A DNA stretch of 64,000 bases from a bacterium. Its GTDB lineage: Bacteria; Patescibacteriota; Patescibacteriia; JBAXGH01. Every line of letters begins with the position of its first letter. Within the stretch, counting starts at the first letter, position 1. The stretch spans positions 12,800-76,799 of the forward strand of contig JBAXGH010000003.1 of the NCBI GenBank assembly GCA_037139515.1. The letters run 5' to 3'. This document shows positions 21,825 to 30,415 of the stretch, in pieces. Both the position numbers and the translations under genes were made by a program. The notes below the pieces were generated by a model, which ran no database searches, was not told where the DNA came from, and worked only from the letters and a program-made list of their open reading frames with translations.

Positions 21825-22181
21825 CTACTTGAAGGTGAGTCGCTTGATGTAAATGGCGCGGTGCTTGTTCTTTGGGAGCATTCCCATGACGGCGTGGATG
21901 ATGACCTGTTTAGGATCTTCAGCCATGACGTCTTTCATCTGCTTCTCTCTCAAGTGTCCAGGGTACATCGTGTGATGGCGGTAAAGCTTCTGGTCCATCT
22001 TCTGACCGGTAACCTTGATGAGGGCGACGTTCGAGACCACAACTTCGTCACCATTATCAAGATGAGGCAAATATGAAGCCTTCCCCTTGCCGATAAGCAA
22101 AGTAGCAATCTTCGTAGCCAAACGTCCAAAAGGCACGCCGGCCGCATCGATTTCATGAATTTTCTTTTCCGTGATGGTCAT
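21825..22181 (-). CDS. rplM: 50S ribosomal protein L13 (short form)
   Basis: Motifs IDAAG..GRLAT, GDEVVV, AVMGMLPKN. Confidence 0.97.
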   Translation of the reverse strand: MTITEKKIHEIDAAGVPFGRLATKIATLLIGKGKASYLPHLDNGDEVVVSNVALIKVTGQKMDQKLYRHHTMYPGHLREKQMKDVMAEDPKQVIIHAVMGMLPKNKHRAIYIKRLTFK

Positions 22182-22183
22182 AT

Positions 22184-22534
22184 TTAGATAAATTCAATGC
22201 GAGCGAGCTCGGCTCCATCACCTTTGCGCGTCGACATTTTGATGATACGGGTATAACCGCCGTTTCGATCTTTGTAGCGCGCACCAAGGTCATTTAAAAC
22301 CTTAAGTACAGCCGCTTCAGTAAGAAGATAGCGCGAGAGATAGCGACGAGTGACAAGAGTATTGTCACGTCCACGGGTAACCAAACGCTCGACGATCGGA
22401 CGAATTTCCTTCGCGCGAGCGACGGTGGTCGTCATTTTTTCGTCAACTACAAGAGATGTCGCAAGTCCGCGTAGAAACGCTTTGCGCGACGCAGCTACTC
22501 TACCAAATTTTCGGCCCTTTCGGAGGTGGCGCAT
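22184..22534 (-). CDS. rplQ: 50S ribosomal protein L17
   Basis: Motifs MRH, TTVARAKE, RNGGYTRI. Confidence 0.98.
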   Translation of the reverse strand: MRHLRKGRKFGRVAASRKAFLRGLATSLVVDEKMTTTVARAKEIRPIVERLVTRGRDNTLVTRRYLSRYLLTEAAVLKVLNDLGARYKDRNGGYTRIIKMSTRKGDGAELARIEFI

Positions 22535-22543
22535 ACTTGTTTA

Positions 22544-23323
22544 TTATTCTTCGGATTCTGATTTCTTTTTCTTCTTAGGCTTCTCTTCCTCGGAACCGGT
22601 TGCCGGTTCAATCGAGTCAATAGGGGCCGGAGCGCCGAGTGGCGCAAGAAGTGAAAAGTAGTCGATCAATATTTTAGAAGCTTCGCGAACGGCCTCTTCC
22701 GGCGAGATGGTTCCGTCCGTGTCGATCGTCATGACGAGCTTATCGTAGTTCGTGATGTCGCCGACGCGGGCGTTTTCGACGCTGTATCCCACATTCTTGA
22801 GTGGCGAATAGAGAGCATCGATCTGAATCATTCCGATTTCGTTCTTCGATTTGGTGTCGCGATCCTCAACCGCGCTATATCCGCGGCCACGAGAGACGAC
22901 GATTTCCATTTCGAGGTTCGAATCTTTGGAAGTAAGGCTTAAAAGATGCAAATCAGGATTGACGATTTCGACGAGCGCATTCTTTTCAACATCAGCTCCG
23001 GTTACTTCGGTTTCACCGCTCGCCTTGATAGTTAGGCGAACTGGCTCATCCGAGAATAGTTTCAGACGAAGCATCTTCAGGTTGAGAGAAAGCTCGAGGA
23101 CGTCTTCAGCAACACCGTCAATGGAAGTAAACTCATGTGGCGCGCCCTTAATCTTGAAGGAAATAACGGCGGCACCCGGGAGGCTCGATAGCAAAACACG
23201 TCTGAGCGCGTTTCCTACCGTAGTACCATAACCCTGGAAACAAGGCTCCATCACTAAATTGGCCTGGTTGGCCTTCTCGCCCTTTTCAAACGAGATTTTC
23301 GACGGAAGAAGAATGTTTTCCAT
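22544..23323 (-). CDS. rpoA: RNA polymerase alpha subunit lacking the alpha-CTD
   Basis: Motifs GYGTTVGNALRRVLLSS, HEF, GRGY, IDALYSP; ends at 259 aa in a charged tail. Confidence 0.97.
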   Translation of the reverse strand: MENILLPSKISFEKGEKANQANLVMEPCFQGYGTTVGNALRRVLLSSLPGAAVISFKIKGAPHEFTSIDGVAEDVLELSLNLKMLRLKLFSDEPVRLTIKASGETEVTGADVEKNALVEIVNPDLHLLSLTSKDSNLEMEIVVSRGRGYSAVEDRDTKSKNEIGMIQIDALYSPLKNVGYSVENARVGDITNYDKLVMTIDTDGTISPEEAVREASKILIDYFSLLAPLGAPAPIDSIEPATGSEEEKPKKKKKSESEE

Positions 23324-23454
23324 AGATGAAGTCCCGATACAATCGGGAAAGTTTACTTCATTAACAACGATTATAATAGCTTGCTAGATGCCAGCTATTA
23401 GTTCTGAGCTCCGAACTTTCAGAGCCTAGAACTAATAGCCGGCACTCAATCACT

Positions 23455-24069
23455 CTATCTGCTATACAATTCGACGATGAGCTTAGGATCAAAGATTTGT
23501 TTAAGGTCTTCTCCGATTGGAGCGTTCAAAACCTTTCCTTCGCGCTTTTCAACATTGAGCGAGAGCCAGCCCGGGGTCTTCACAACCTTGAGACGCTCTT
23601 CTAAACCGTTGAAAATCTTTTTCGACGAACGGTTTTCTTTGATACCGATTACATCACCAGGAACAGTCATTGCGGACGAGATGTCGCAAAGCTTCCCGTT
23701 AAGCGTGAAAAATCCGTGTCCAACCATCTGGCGAGCCATACGACGAGTCTGAGCAAAGCCTAAGCGGTAAACCACATTGTCGAGACGCATTTCGAGGGTC
23801 TGGACGAGGTTTACGCCGGTATCGCCTACTTTCTGAGCAGCAGCTTCGAAATATTTGCGGAACTGACGTTCCAAAATATTGTAGTGCCACTTCGCCTTCT
23901 GCTTTTCGCGCAACTGAATGGCGTAACCAGAAAGCTTCTGATTGCGACGAGTCGGTCCGTGCACGCCAGGACCAAATGGGCGTCGGGTGACTGGGCATTT
24001 CTTTGAAAGACAAATCTTCTCTCCAAGAGCGCGGCAGTGTTTGTGTTGTGGTGTAAGATCGCGTCCCAT
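23455..24069 (-). CDS. rpsD: 30S ribosomal protein S4
   Basis: Motifs QLREKQK, EMRLDNVVYRLGF, IVELYSR. Confidence 0.98.
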   Translation of the reverse strand: MGRDLTPQHKHCRALGEKICLSKKCPVTRRPFGPGVHGPTRRNQKLSGYAIQLREKQKAKWHYNILERQFRKYFEAAAQKVGDTGVNLVQTLEMRLDNVVYRLGFAQTRRMARQMVGHGFFTLNGKLCDISSAMTVPGDVIGIKENRSSKKIFNGLEERLKVVKTPGWLSLNVEKREGKVLNAPIGEDLKQIFDPKLIVELYSR

Positions 24070-24078
24070 AGGTATTGC

Positions 24079-24513
24079 TTAGATTCTTCGCGGCTTCCGA
24101 GCTCGGCAGCCGTTATGTGGAATCGGAGTGACATCTTTAATCGAGAGAACGTTCAAACCGTTGGCATTCAAAGCGCGAATAGCGGAATCACGTCCGGCGC
24201 CAACGCCTTTCACAAAAACCGTTACATCTTTGAGTCCGGTTGCGGCCGACTTTTCAACCAAGTCCTTCACAACCATCGAAGCGGCATACGGGGTGGCTTT
24301 CTTCGGACCGGTGAAACCTACCTTGCCGGCAGATGACTGACCGATTGAGTTGCCGTTCGCATCCGTGAATGTAACAATCGTGTTGTTGAAAGTGGCGTGA
24401 ACATAGGCTCGACCGACGCTGACAGACTTAACCGCCTTCTTTTTGCGGGTTCTAGCCGGAGCAATCGCAGCCGTAGGCTTTGTTTCTTGAGTTTTGGTTT
24501 CAGGAGTTGCCAT
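24079..24513 (-). CDS. rpsK: 30S ribosomal protein S11
   Basis: Motifs FNNTIVT, TPYAA, DVTPIPHNGCR. Confidence 0.98.
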   Translation of the reverse strand: MATPETKTQETKPTAAIAPARTRKKKAVKSVSVGRAYVHATFNNTIVTFTDANGNSIGQSSAGKVGFTGPKKATPYAASMVVKDLVEKSAATGLKDVTVFVKGVGAGRDSAIRALNANGLNVLSIKDVTPIPHNGCRARKPRRI

Positions 24514-24516
24514 ATA

Positions 24517-24903
24517 CTATTTCTTTTCAACCTTGCTTCGACCGCTGCCCATCGTGCGGCGAACGTTTCCGCGAACGGTTCGAGAATTGGTTTTAGTACG
24601 CTGACCACGAACCGGGAGACGACGCATGTGGCGAATACCGCGGTAGGAACCAATTTCCTTAAGACGTTTGATGTTCGACATGATGTCGCGACGCAGTTCA
24701 CCTTCAACACGGTAGTTCTTTTCGATGTAAGCGCGAAGCTTATCTTCTTCGTCCGGGGTCAAATCTTTAACACGTCGCTGACCATCGAGTCCGACGGCGG
24801 CGATAACTTCTTTGGCACGGGCCGGGCCAACGCCAAAAACATATCTGAGTGAGATGAAAAGTGGTTTCTCTTTCGGAATTGTGACGCCAGCAATACGTGC
24901 CAT
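24517..24903 (-). CDS. rpsM: 30S ribosomal protein S13
   Basis: Motifs MARIAG, YRGIRH, LPVRGQRTKTN. Confidence 0.98.
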   Translation of the reverse strand: MARIAGVTIPKEKPLFISLRYVFGVGPARAKEVIAAVGLDGQRRVKDLTPDEEDKLRAYIEKNYRVEGELRRDIMSNIKRLKEIGSYRGIRHMRRLPVRGQRTKTNSRTVRGNVRRTMGSGRSKVEKK

Positions 24904-24917
24904 AGAGGTGTTTGCGA

Positions 24918-25031
24918 CTAGCCTTGTCGCTGTTTATGTTTCGGAGTCTTACAGATAACGCAAATTCGACCATTGCGACGAAGCACCTGGCAATCACGGC
25001 AGATTTTTTTGACGGAAGCTCGTACCTTCAT
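24918..25031 (-). CDS. rpmJ: 50S ribosomal protein L36
   Basis: Manual translation [37 protein letters not shown] (below the ORF-track length cutoff). Confidence 0.97.
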   Translation of the reverse strand: MKVRASVKKICRDCQVLRRNGRICVICKTPKHKQRQG

Positions 25032-25065
25032 AATCTCCAATAAAAAACTCGCTCATTCGCGAATA

Positions 25066-25281
25066 TTAGAATCGATAGACGATTCGACCCTTAGTCAAAT
25101 CGTAGGGGCTCATTTCAAGCTTCACCTTATCGCCGGCAGTAATGCGAATTTTGTTCATTCGCATCTTTCCAGAGAGGTGAGCAATAATTTCTTGCCCATT
25201 GTCAAGCTTAACGCGGAACTTTGCGCCCGGGAGCAATTCATCAACTGTTCCGGACATTTCGATGAAGTCTGACTTAGCCAT
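25066..25281 (-). CDS. infA: Translation initiation factor IF-1
   Basis: MAKSDFIE..., [25 protein letters not shown]. Start taken as ATG 25281. Confidence 0.97.
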   Translation of the reverse strand: MAKSDFIEMSGTVDELLPGAKFRVKLDNGQEIIAHLSGKMRMNKIRITAGDKVKLEMSPYDLTKGRIVYRF

Positions 25282-25309
25282 GTATTGGGGGACAAAATTG
25301 AGTAGCGCA

Positions 25310-25338
25310 AGTATACGGAAGTTCGTTTTTTCTGTCAA
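25310..25338 (-). promoter_or_regulatory. Sigma70 promoter of the infA-rpsI operon
   Basis: TTGACA-17 nt-TATACT on the minus strand. Confidence 0.85.
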
Positions 25339-25455
25339 ACACGTGGGTTTCGAGTTGTCAACAACCCATCACTTTCGCGAGATTTAGCCAAATTTGCATG
25401 AAAATACAATATTTTCATCAACTCTCCTAACAACAAAGCGATTATAGCACGTTTT

Positions 25456-25770
25456 TTATGCTAGAGCCCACATATCTAGGGCAACTTCTTCGTAGGGATG
25501 TACTTTTTTGATTGCCACAATCACTTTATCAGTCAGCGCGGCGTCGCAAACGAATTCAATCCGCTCCTCCTCGACCTGTTCAAGCTTACCCACTTGTCCA
25601 ATCGCTGGATGCGCGCCATCTTCCGGCTTGAAACGTCCGACGCCACGACTAGAGAAAGTACAGAATGAGTAGTTTCCTATTCTTCCCCCGCCCGCGAGGC
25701 CAATCGCCTCTCTCACAGCATCCGCATGAGACAGCGGTACGAAAACAACGATTTTGTATTTGAAAGTCAT
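25456..25770 (-). CDS. Stand-alone PII/CutA-like domain of the YqfO/NIF3 family
   Basis: KIVVFVP, AGGGRIGNYSFCTF, G.GRFKP..GA.P.IG..G, HPYEEVA. Confidence 0.85.
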   Translation of the reverse strand: MTFKYKIVVFVPLSHADAVREAIGLAGGGRIGNYSFCTFSSRGVGRFKPEDGAHPAIGQVGKLEQVEEERIEFVCDAALTDKVIVAIKKVHPYEEVALDMWALA

Positions 25771-25815
25771 AAAGCTGACTATTACGAAAAATATTCTGTA
25801 TTCACGACACTTTCA

Positions 25816-25838
25816 AGATCCCTCGGATTCGGGATGAC
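25816..25838 (-). repeat. GTCATCCCG REP-like element
   Basis: Reverse complement GTCATCCCGAATCCGAGGGATCT; near-identical to the copies at ~53468 and ~55756. Confidence 0.75.
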
Positions 25839-25856
25839 GCAGGGAACCGAAAGGAA

Positions 25857-25947
25857 GGCTCGAGGCGAGCGATTTTGGTCGTACTCTGCGCCGGACACTG
25901 CGCCCCAACGTGTCCGCCGCAGAGTACGCCAAACCGCGCTCGCGTAT
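25857..25947. repeat. Hairpin family copy B
   Basis: Pairings GCGAGCG/CGCTCGC, CGTACTCTGCG/CGCAGAGTACG and CGGACAC/GTGTCCG; loop TGCGCCCCAAC. Confidence 0.8.
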
Positions 25948-25958
25948 CATCGTATTGG

Positions 25959-27800
25959 TTATTCTTGTATTAGTCCTCCGACGATGGCCTTGATTCTTCG
26001 AATTCCTGCCGAGCTCGCTTCTTCCTTCAATATCTTGAACGATTTTAGCTCACCGGTATGAGTCACGTGCGGCCCGCCGCAAATCTCTTTGGAGAAGCTT
26101 CCGATTGAATAGACCTTAACCTTATTTCCGTATTTATCCTCGAATAGGCCCATAGCACCATCTTTCTTAGCCTCTTCAACCGTCATTTCCTTGAAAGACA
26201 CTGGAAGGTCAAGCGCGATCTGCTCATTAACGATTTCTTCAACCCGCTTGAGCTGCTCCGGAGTAACCTTTGTCGGATTCGGGAAATCGAAGCGCAATCT
26301 TTCTTGTGTGATATTTGATCCTTTCTGCTCAACGTGGGTTCCGAGAACCTGACGCAGAGCCGCCTGCAACATGTGCGTTGCCGTATGAAGCATGGTCGAT
26401 TCACGCGAGTGATCAGCGAGACCTCCGGTGAATTTCTGTGCTGAACCGGAACGCGAGAGATCCTGGTGCTTCTTGAATTCGGCGTTAAAGGCTTCTTCAT
26501 CGACCTTCATCCCCTTTTCAGCGGCGAGTTCTTTGGTAAGTTCGAGCGGGAATCCGTAGGTTTGATATAAAAGAAACGCGTCTTCGCTCGTAAGCTTACC
26601 GGCATGCGCAAAAATCTTTTCAAATTCTTTTTCGCCGTTTTCAACGGTGACATTGAATTTTTCTTCTTCCGCGAACAGTTCTTTTAATATGTGCTCACGA
26701 CGAGTTTCGATTTCCGGGTAAACGTCTTTCATCAAATCGATATACATGGAGGCGACCTTACCGATGAAAGCGCCCTGCAAACCGAGAAGGCGCGCATGGC
26801 GAATAGCTCGACGAATAAATCGGCGCAAAACATAACCCTGCTCGACATTCGAAGGCACGACTCCGCGCGGGTCACCCAAAACAAAAGTGGCGGCGCGAAT
26901 ATGATCGGCGACAATTTCCATCGATTTCGTTGTCATCGAATCTGATCCGTATTTTTTGCCGGTGCTATCTTCGAGGAACTTGATTACCGGCGCGAAAATT
27001 TCAATTTCGAAAATAGATTTTTTTCCTTGGGTCATCGCAGTCAGTCGCTCAAGTCCCCAACCGACATCAACGTTCTTGTGTTCAAGCGGCACAAATTTGC
27101 CTTCCTGGTTTTTGTTGAATTCCATGAAGACATCATTTCCAATTTCGATGAAGCGGCCGCAATCACAATTCGGATGACAAAACTCACCGAACTTTTTATC
27201 GTGCGTCTTGCCGGTGTCATAAAAGATTTCAGTGTCCGGACCACATGGACCAGTTAAACCTGCCGGACCCCACCAGTTTTTTGATTTTGGATATTGGAAA
27301 ATACGATGACCGTCATCAATGTTCGGATTCTCAGCTGGAGCCAAAGTTGCATCAATGCCGACGCTCTTGAATTTCTCTTTCCAAATGCCTACCGATTCTT
27401 CATCACGAGGCGCATCTTCATTGCCCATGAATACACTCGTATATAGTCGCGACGGCTCAAAGCTCAACTCTTGAGTGAAAAATTCAAAAGTCCACGGAAT
27501 AATATCTTTCTTAAAATAATCTCCAAGCGACCAAATACCAAGCATTTCAAAAAACGTGGTGTGACGAGAATCGCCGACATCTTCGATATCCTGGGTACGA
27601 ATACATTTCTGCGAATTCGTAAGTCGAGTACCAGCGGGATGCTTCTCGCCGAGCAAATATGGAACGAGCGGATGCATACCGGCGGTTGTGAATAAAACCG
27701 TCGGATCATTTTCCGGAATCAAAGAAGCAGAAGGCAAAACGGCATGCATGTGGCCCTGAAAGAATTTTAGAAAACGCGAGCGAAGTTCTTTGGCAGTCAT
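25959..27800 (-). CDS. alaS: Alanine--tRNA ligase, short form without the C-Ala domain
   Basis: DPTVLFTTAGM, HTTFFEMLG, GPCGPDTE, editing motifs HTATH and CGGPH; ends right after SSAGIRRI. Confidence 0.97.
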   Translation of the reverse strand: MTAKELRSRFLKFFQGHMHAVLPSASLIPENDPTVLFTTAGMHPLVPYLLGEKHPAGTRLTNSQKCIRTQDIEDVGDSRHTTFFEMLGIWSLGDYFKKDIIPWTFEFFTQELSFEPSRLYTSVFMGNEDAPRDEESVGIWKEKFKSVGIDATLAPAENPNIDDGHRIFQYPKSKNWWGPAGLTGPCGPDTEIFYDTGKTHDKKFGEFCHPNCDCGRFIEIGNDVFMEFNKNQEGKFVPLEHKNVDVGWGLERLTAMTQGKKSIFEIEIFAPVIKFLEDSTGKKYGSDSMTTKSMEIVADHIRAATFVLGDPRGVVPSNVEQGYVLRRFIRRAIRHARLLGLQGAFIGKVASMYIDLMKDVYPEIETRREHILKELFAEEEKFNVTVENGEKEFEKIFAHAGKLTSEDAFLLYQTYGFPLELTKELAAEKGMKVDEEAFNAEFKKHQDLSRSGSAQKFTGGLADHSRESTMLHTATHMLQAALRQVLGTHVEQKGSNITQERLRFDFPNPTKVTPEQLKRVEEIVNEQIALDLPVSFKEMTVEEAKKDGAMGLFEDKYGNKVKVYSIGSFSKEICGGPHVTHTGELKSFKILKEEASSAGIRRIKAIVGGLIQE

Positions 27801-27874
27801 AGTATTAGTTTTGTTTGTGTACAAGATAATACGCTATGATAAAGTATCAGTAAACATCTTATAGGGAGGTCGTC

Positions 27875-28030
27875 TTGACTAAGCCAAAAAATGACAGAGC
27901 TTACCACTGCTTCCTCATCACGATAGCGGTTCTGGCGCTCATTTGCGTCGTCGTCGGACTGTCTATGGATGAAGAGTCTTTGCCGCGCAAGGCTCAGGCG
28001 TCTCACGGAGTTGACGTGCTCATTCCGTGA
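27875..28030 (+). CDS. Small single-TM protein (51 aa)
   Basis: GGGAGG then TTG start; MTKPKNDRAYHCFLITIAVLALICVVVGLSMDEESLPRKAQASHGVDVLIP*. Confidence 0.55.
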   Translation: MTKPKNDRAYHCFLITIAVLALICVVVGLSMDEESLPRKAQASHGVDVLIP

Positions 28031-29060
28031 TAATACCGCCACCCAGCACCTTTTCGCCTTCGTAGCAGACGACCGACTGTCCGACAGCTGGAGCCCACTC
28101 CGGCTCGTCAAAAACGATTCGATCTTTGAAGAGCGTGGCTGGCGCTAGCGGTTCGCGATAACGAATTCGCGCTTCGACCCGCATCCCATCATGAACGGCG
28201 CATAACCAGTGCTCATCAGCAATCCGAATCTCGCGTTTCAAGAGCGCGGGATCTTTTTTATCATCGGTAACCTTAATCGTATTCGTTGAGACATCACGGC
28301 CGCAAATATAATATTCGTGTTCAATTCCTAAATTCAAACCATGTCTTTGGCCAATCGTATAATATTGAACGCCATCATGTGTTCCGATAATTTTTCCGTT
28401 CATATCGATCACATTCCCCTGTTTTGGCTTGATACGAGTGGCTAAAAAATCATGCATTTTTACTTTTCCAACAAAACACAAACCCTGAGAATCTTTTTTC
28501 TCGGCGTTTGGTAGATCAGCTCGACGCGCAACTTCACGTAACTCAGGCTTGGTTAAATGACCAATCGGAAACAGGGTTTCGCGCAAAACTTCAGGCTTGA
28601 TGCGATATAGAAAATATGTCTGATCTTTATTCTGGTCGACAACTTTCATCAAATTCCCGTTTTTTGCCTGCGCATAGTGGCCCGTCGCAATAAAATCAGC
28701 ACCTAAACGCTTAGCCTCTTTATAAAAGGCATCAAACTTGATTTTTTCATTGCACATCACGTCCGGATTCGGAGTGTGGCCTCGGGAATACTCTCGGTCC
28801 ATGTATTCCACAACATCGCGCTGGTATTCGGCCTCGAAATCGAAAGTTAAGAACGGAATACCGAGCTTTGCTGCGACGCGCTCGGCGTCACGGCGTTCAC
28901 CGCGCCATTCGCACTCGCCGTTCGCATTTTTGGTTTCAGACCAGTTTTTCATGAAAACGCCGGTGACGTCATAACCTGCTTCGACCAATAAAAAAGCTGC
29001 AACGGAGCTATCAACTCCGCCGCTCATCGCCACAAAAACTTTTTGTTTATTTTCCGCCAT
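28020..29060 (-). CDS. mnmA: tRNA-specific 2-thiouridylase MnmA
   Basis: Motifs AMSGGVDSS, TPNPDVMCN, ATGHY, KDQTYFL, SQGLCF, GQ.VVCY. Start taken as ATG 29060. Confidence 0.97.
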   Translation of the reverse strand: MAENKQKVFVAMSGGVDSSVAAFLLVEAGYDVTGVFMKNWSETKNANGECEWRGERRDAERVAAKLGIPFLTFDFEAEYQRDVVEYMDREYSRGHTPNPDVMCNEKIKFDAFYKEAKRLGADFIATGHYAQAKNGNLMKVVDQNKDQTYFLYRIKPEVLRETLFPIGHLTKPELREVARRADLPNAEKKDSQGLCFVGKVKMHDFLATRIKPKQGNVIDMNGKIIGTHDGVQYYTIGQRHGLNLGIEHEYYICGRDVSTNTIKVTDDKKDPALLKREIRIADEHWLCAVHDGMRVEARIRYREPLAPATLFKDRIVFDEPEWAPAVGQSVVCYEGEKVLGGGIITE

Positions 29061-30381
29061 CGATTTTTCGTGAATATTTTGCATTACAAGCAGCCTCTAT
29101 TGCTACGCGCTCACTCGCCCATTTTGGCTTATCGACACCAAGCGTAGAAGCTGAAAACGGATCGAAACGACGTCCTTTGATCGAAAGCTTAATATAGAAT
29201 TCCTGAGCCGGGAGATTAATCATGTCACGTAATTCAACCTGCGGCGAAAATTCTTTTTCAAGAAAAGCTGCATCTTCGGCGCTCACCTGGAAAGAAATCA
29301 AAGTCGCGACGTTTCCAAGCATCGAATGTTTGAGCGCCGGAGCGAGTTGCCCGAGATACTGATTTGAAGCCGTAATGCAGACACCATATCGACCAGCCTC
29401 GGAGAGAAGTGCAAGGAAAGAATCGGTTGCGACGTTCTGAAATTCATCAACGTAAAGATAATAATCCGCTCTCGTACCAGCCGCGTTCACACCACGGCGC
29501 AAAACTGCTCGCTTGAACATCGCGAGAAACAGCGAGCCAAAAATCGAGGCGTTGATATCGCCGAGCGCGCCTTTTGAAACCGTCACGAGCAAAATCTTGC
29601 CGTCACGAACTGCCGCTTCAATATCAATTTTGTTTTCGGCACCAGAAAATACGGCGTGCAAAGCCGGATGCGACAAAAACGATGTCAGCGTATTGATAAG
29701 CGCCGAAACCGCCGTACGATCTTCGGAAGTCGTCCAATTCACAAAATCATTCTGCCAAAAACGTTTGACCATGCCGTCCTGCACTACCTCCAATACCTTG
29801 GTTCGATATTCGGCGTTCGCGATAAAAGTCAAAAGATTCACAAAACTCGCTTCCGAATGGTCGAGGAGTGCGAGAAGCGCAAATCGAAGCAAATGCTCGG
29901 CGCGCGGATTCCACTGCGCTCCGAACAAACGAGAAAATACCTCTACAATGCCGGCGACCACGTGATGGCGCTCAGGAACAGGAATATTTGAAAGCGGATT
30001 CCAGGCGACAGGGTTTTTGTGATCAGAAGGATTCAAAACAATCACGTCGCCGATTCTTTCTTTGGGAATAAAATCAATCAAATCGTTAACCAGATCCCCG
30101 CTCGGATCGACAACGCAAATACCGTGACCATAATAAATATCGGAACGAATCAGATGTTCGAGCAATTTTGTCTTACCAACACCGGTTTTTCCGATGACAT
30201 ACATGTGGCGACGGCGATCCTCGCGCAAAACGCCAAAAACTTTGCGGTCATCACCAAGCCCGGCGCTTGAATTGGTCTCAGCGAAAAAACTGGCTTCGGC
30301 AGCCTCAGCGGCTTCCGGAGTTGGGATATTTTTCGGCGGCTCAACGTGACGAGCTATTTCCAGGTCATCAAACGATTCCAT
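29047..30381 (-). CDS. TraG/TraD/VirD4-like ATPase, paralog 2
   Basis: DRRRHMYVIGKTGVGKT, DPSGD, YLYVDEFQN. Confidence 0.88.
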   Translation of the reverse strand: MESFDDLEIARHVEPPKNIPTPEAAEAAEASFFAETNSSAGLGDDRKVFGVLREDRRRHMYVIGKTGVGKTKLLEHLIRSDIYYGHGICVVDPSGDLVNDLIDFIPKERIGDVIVLNPSDHKNPVAWNPLSNIPVPERHHVVAGIVEVFSRLFGAQWNPRAEHLLRFALLALLDHSEASFVNLLTFIANAEYRTKVLEVVQDGMVKRFWQNDFVNWTTSEDRTAVSALINTLTSFLSHPALHAVFSGAENKIDIEAAVRDGKILLVTVSKGALGDINASIFGSLFLAMFKRAVLRRGVNAAGTRADYYLYVDEFQNVATDSFLALLSEAGRYGVCITASNQYLGQLAPALKHSMLGNVATLISFQVSAEDAAFLEKEFSPQVELRDMINLPAQEFYIKLSIKGRRFDPFSASTLGVDKPKWASERVAIEAACNAKYSRKIDGGK

Positions 30382-30415
30382 GAGACTTCAATTAGCCGAT
30401 TACGGCTTATTTATG

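Noticed and set aside
25959-27800. alaS as a truncated pseudogene
   Set aside because: The catalytic and editing motifs are intact, and short AlaRS lacking C-Ala is a known form in reduced genomes.
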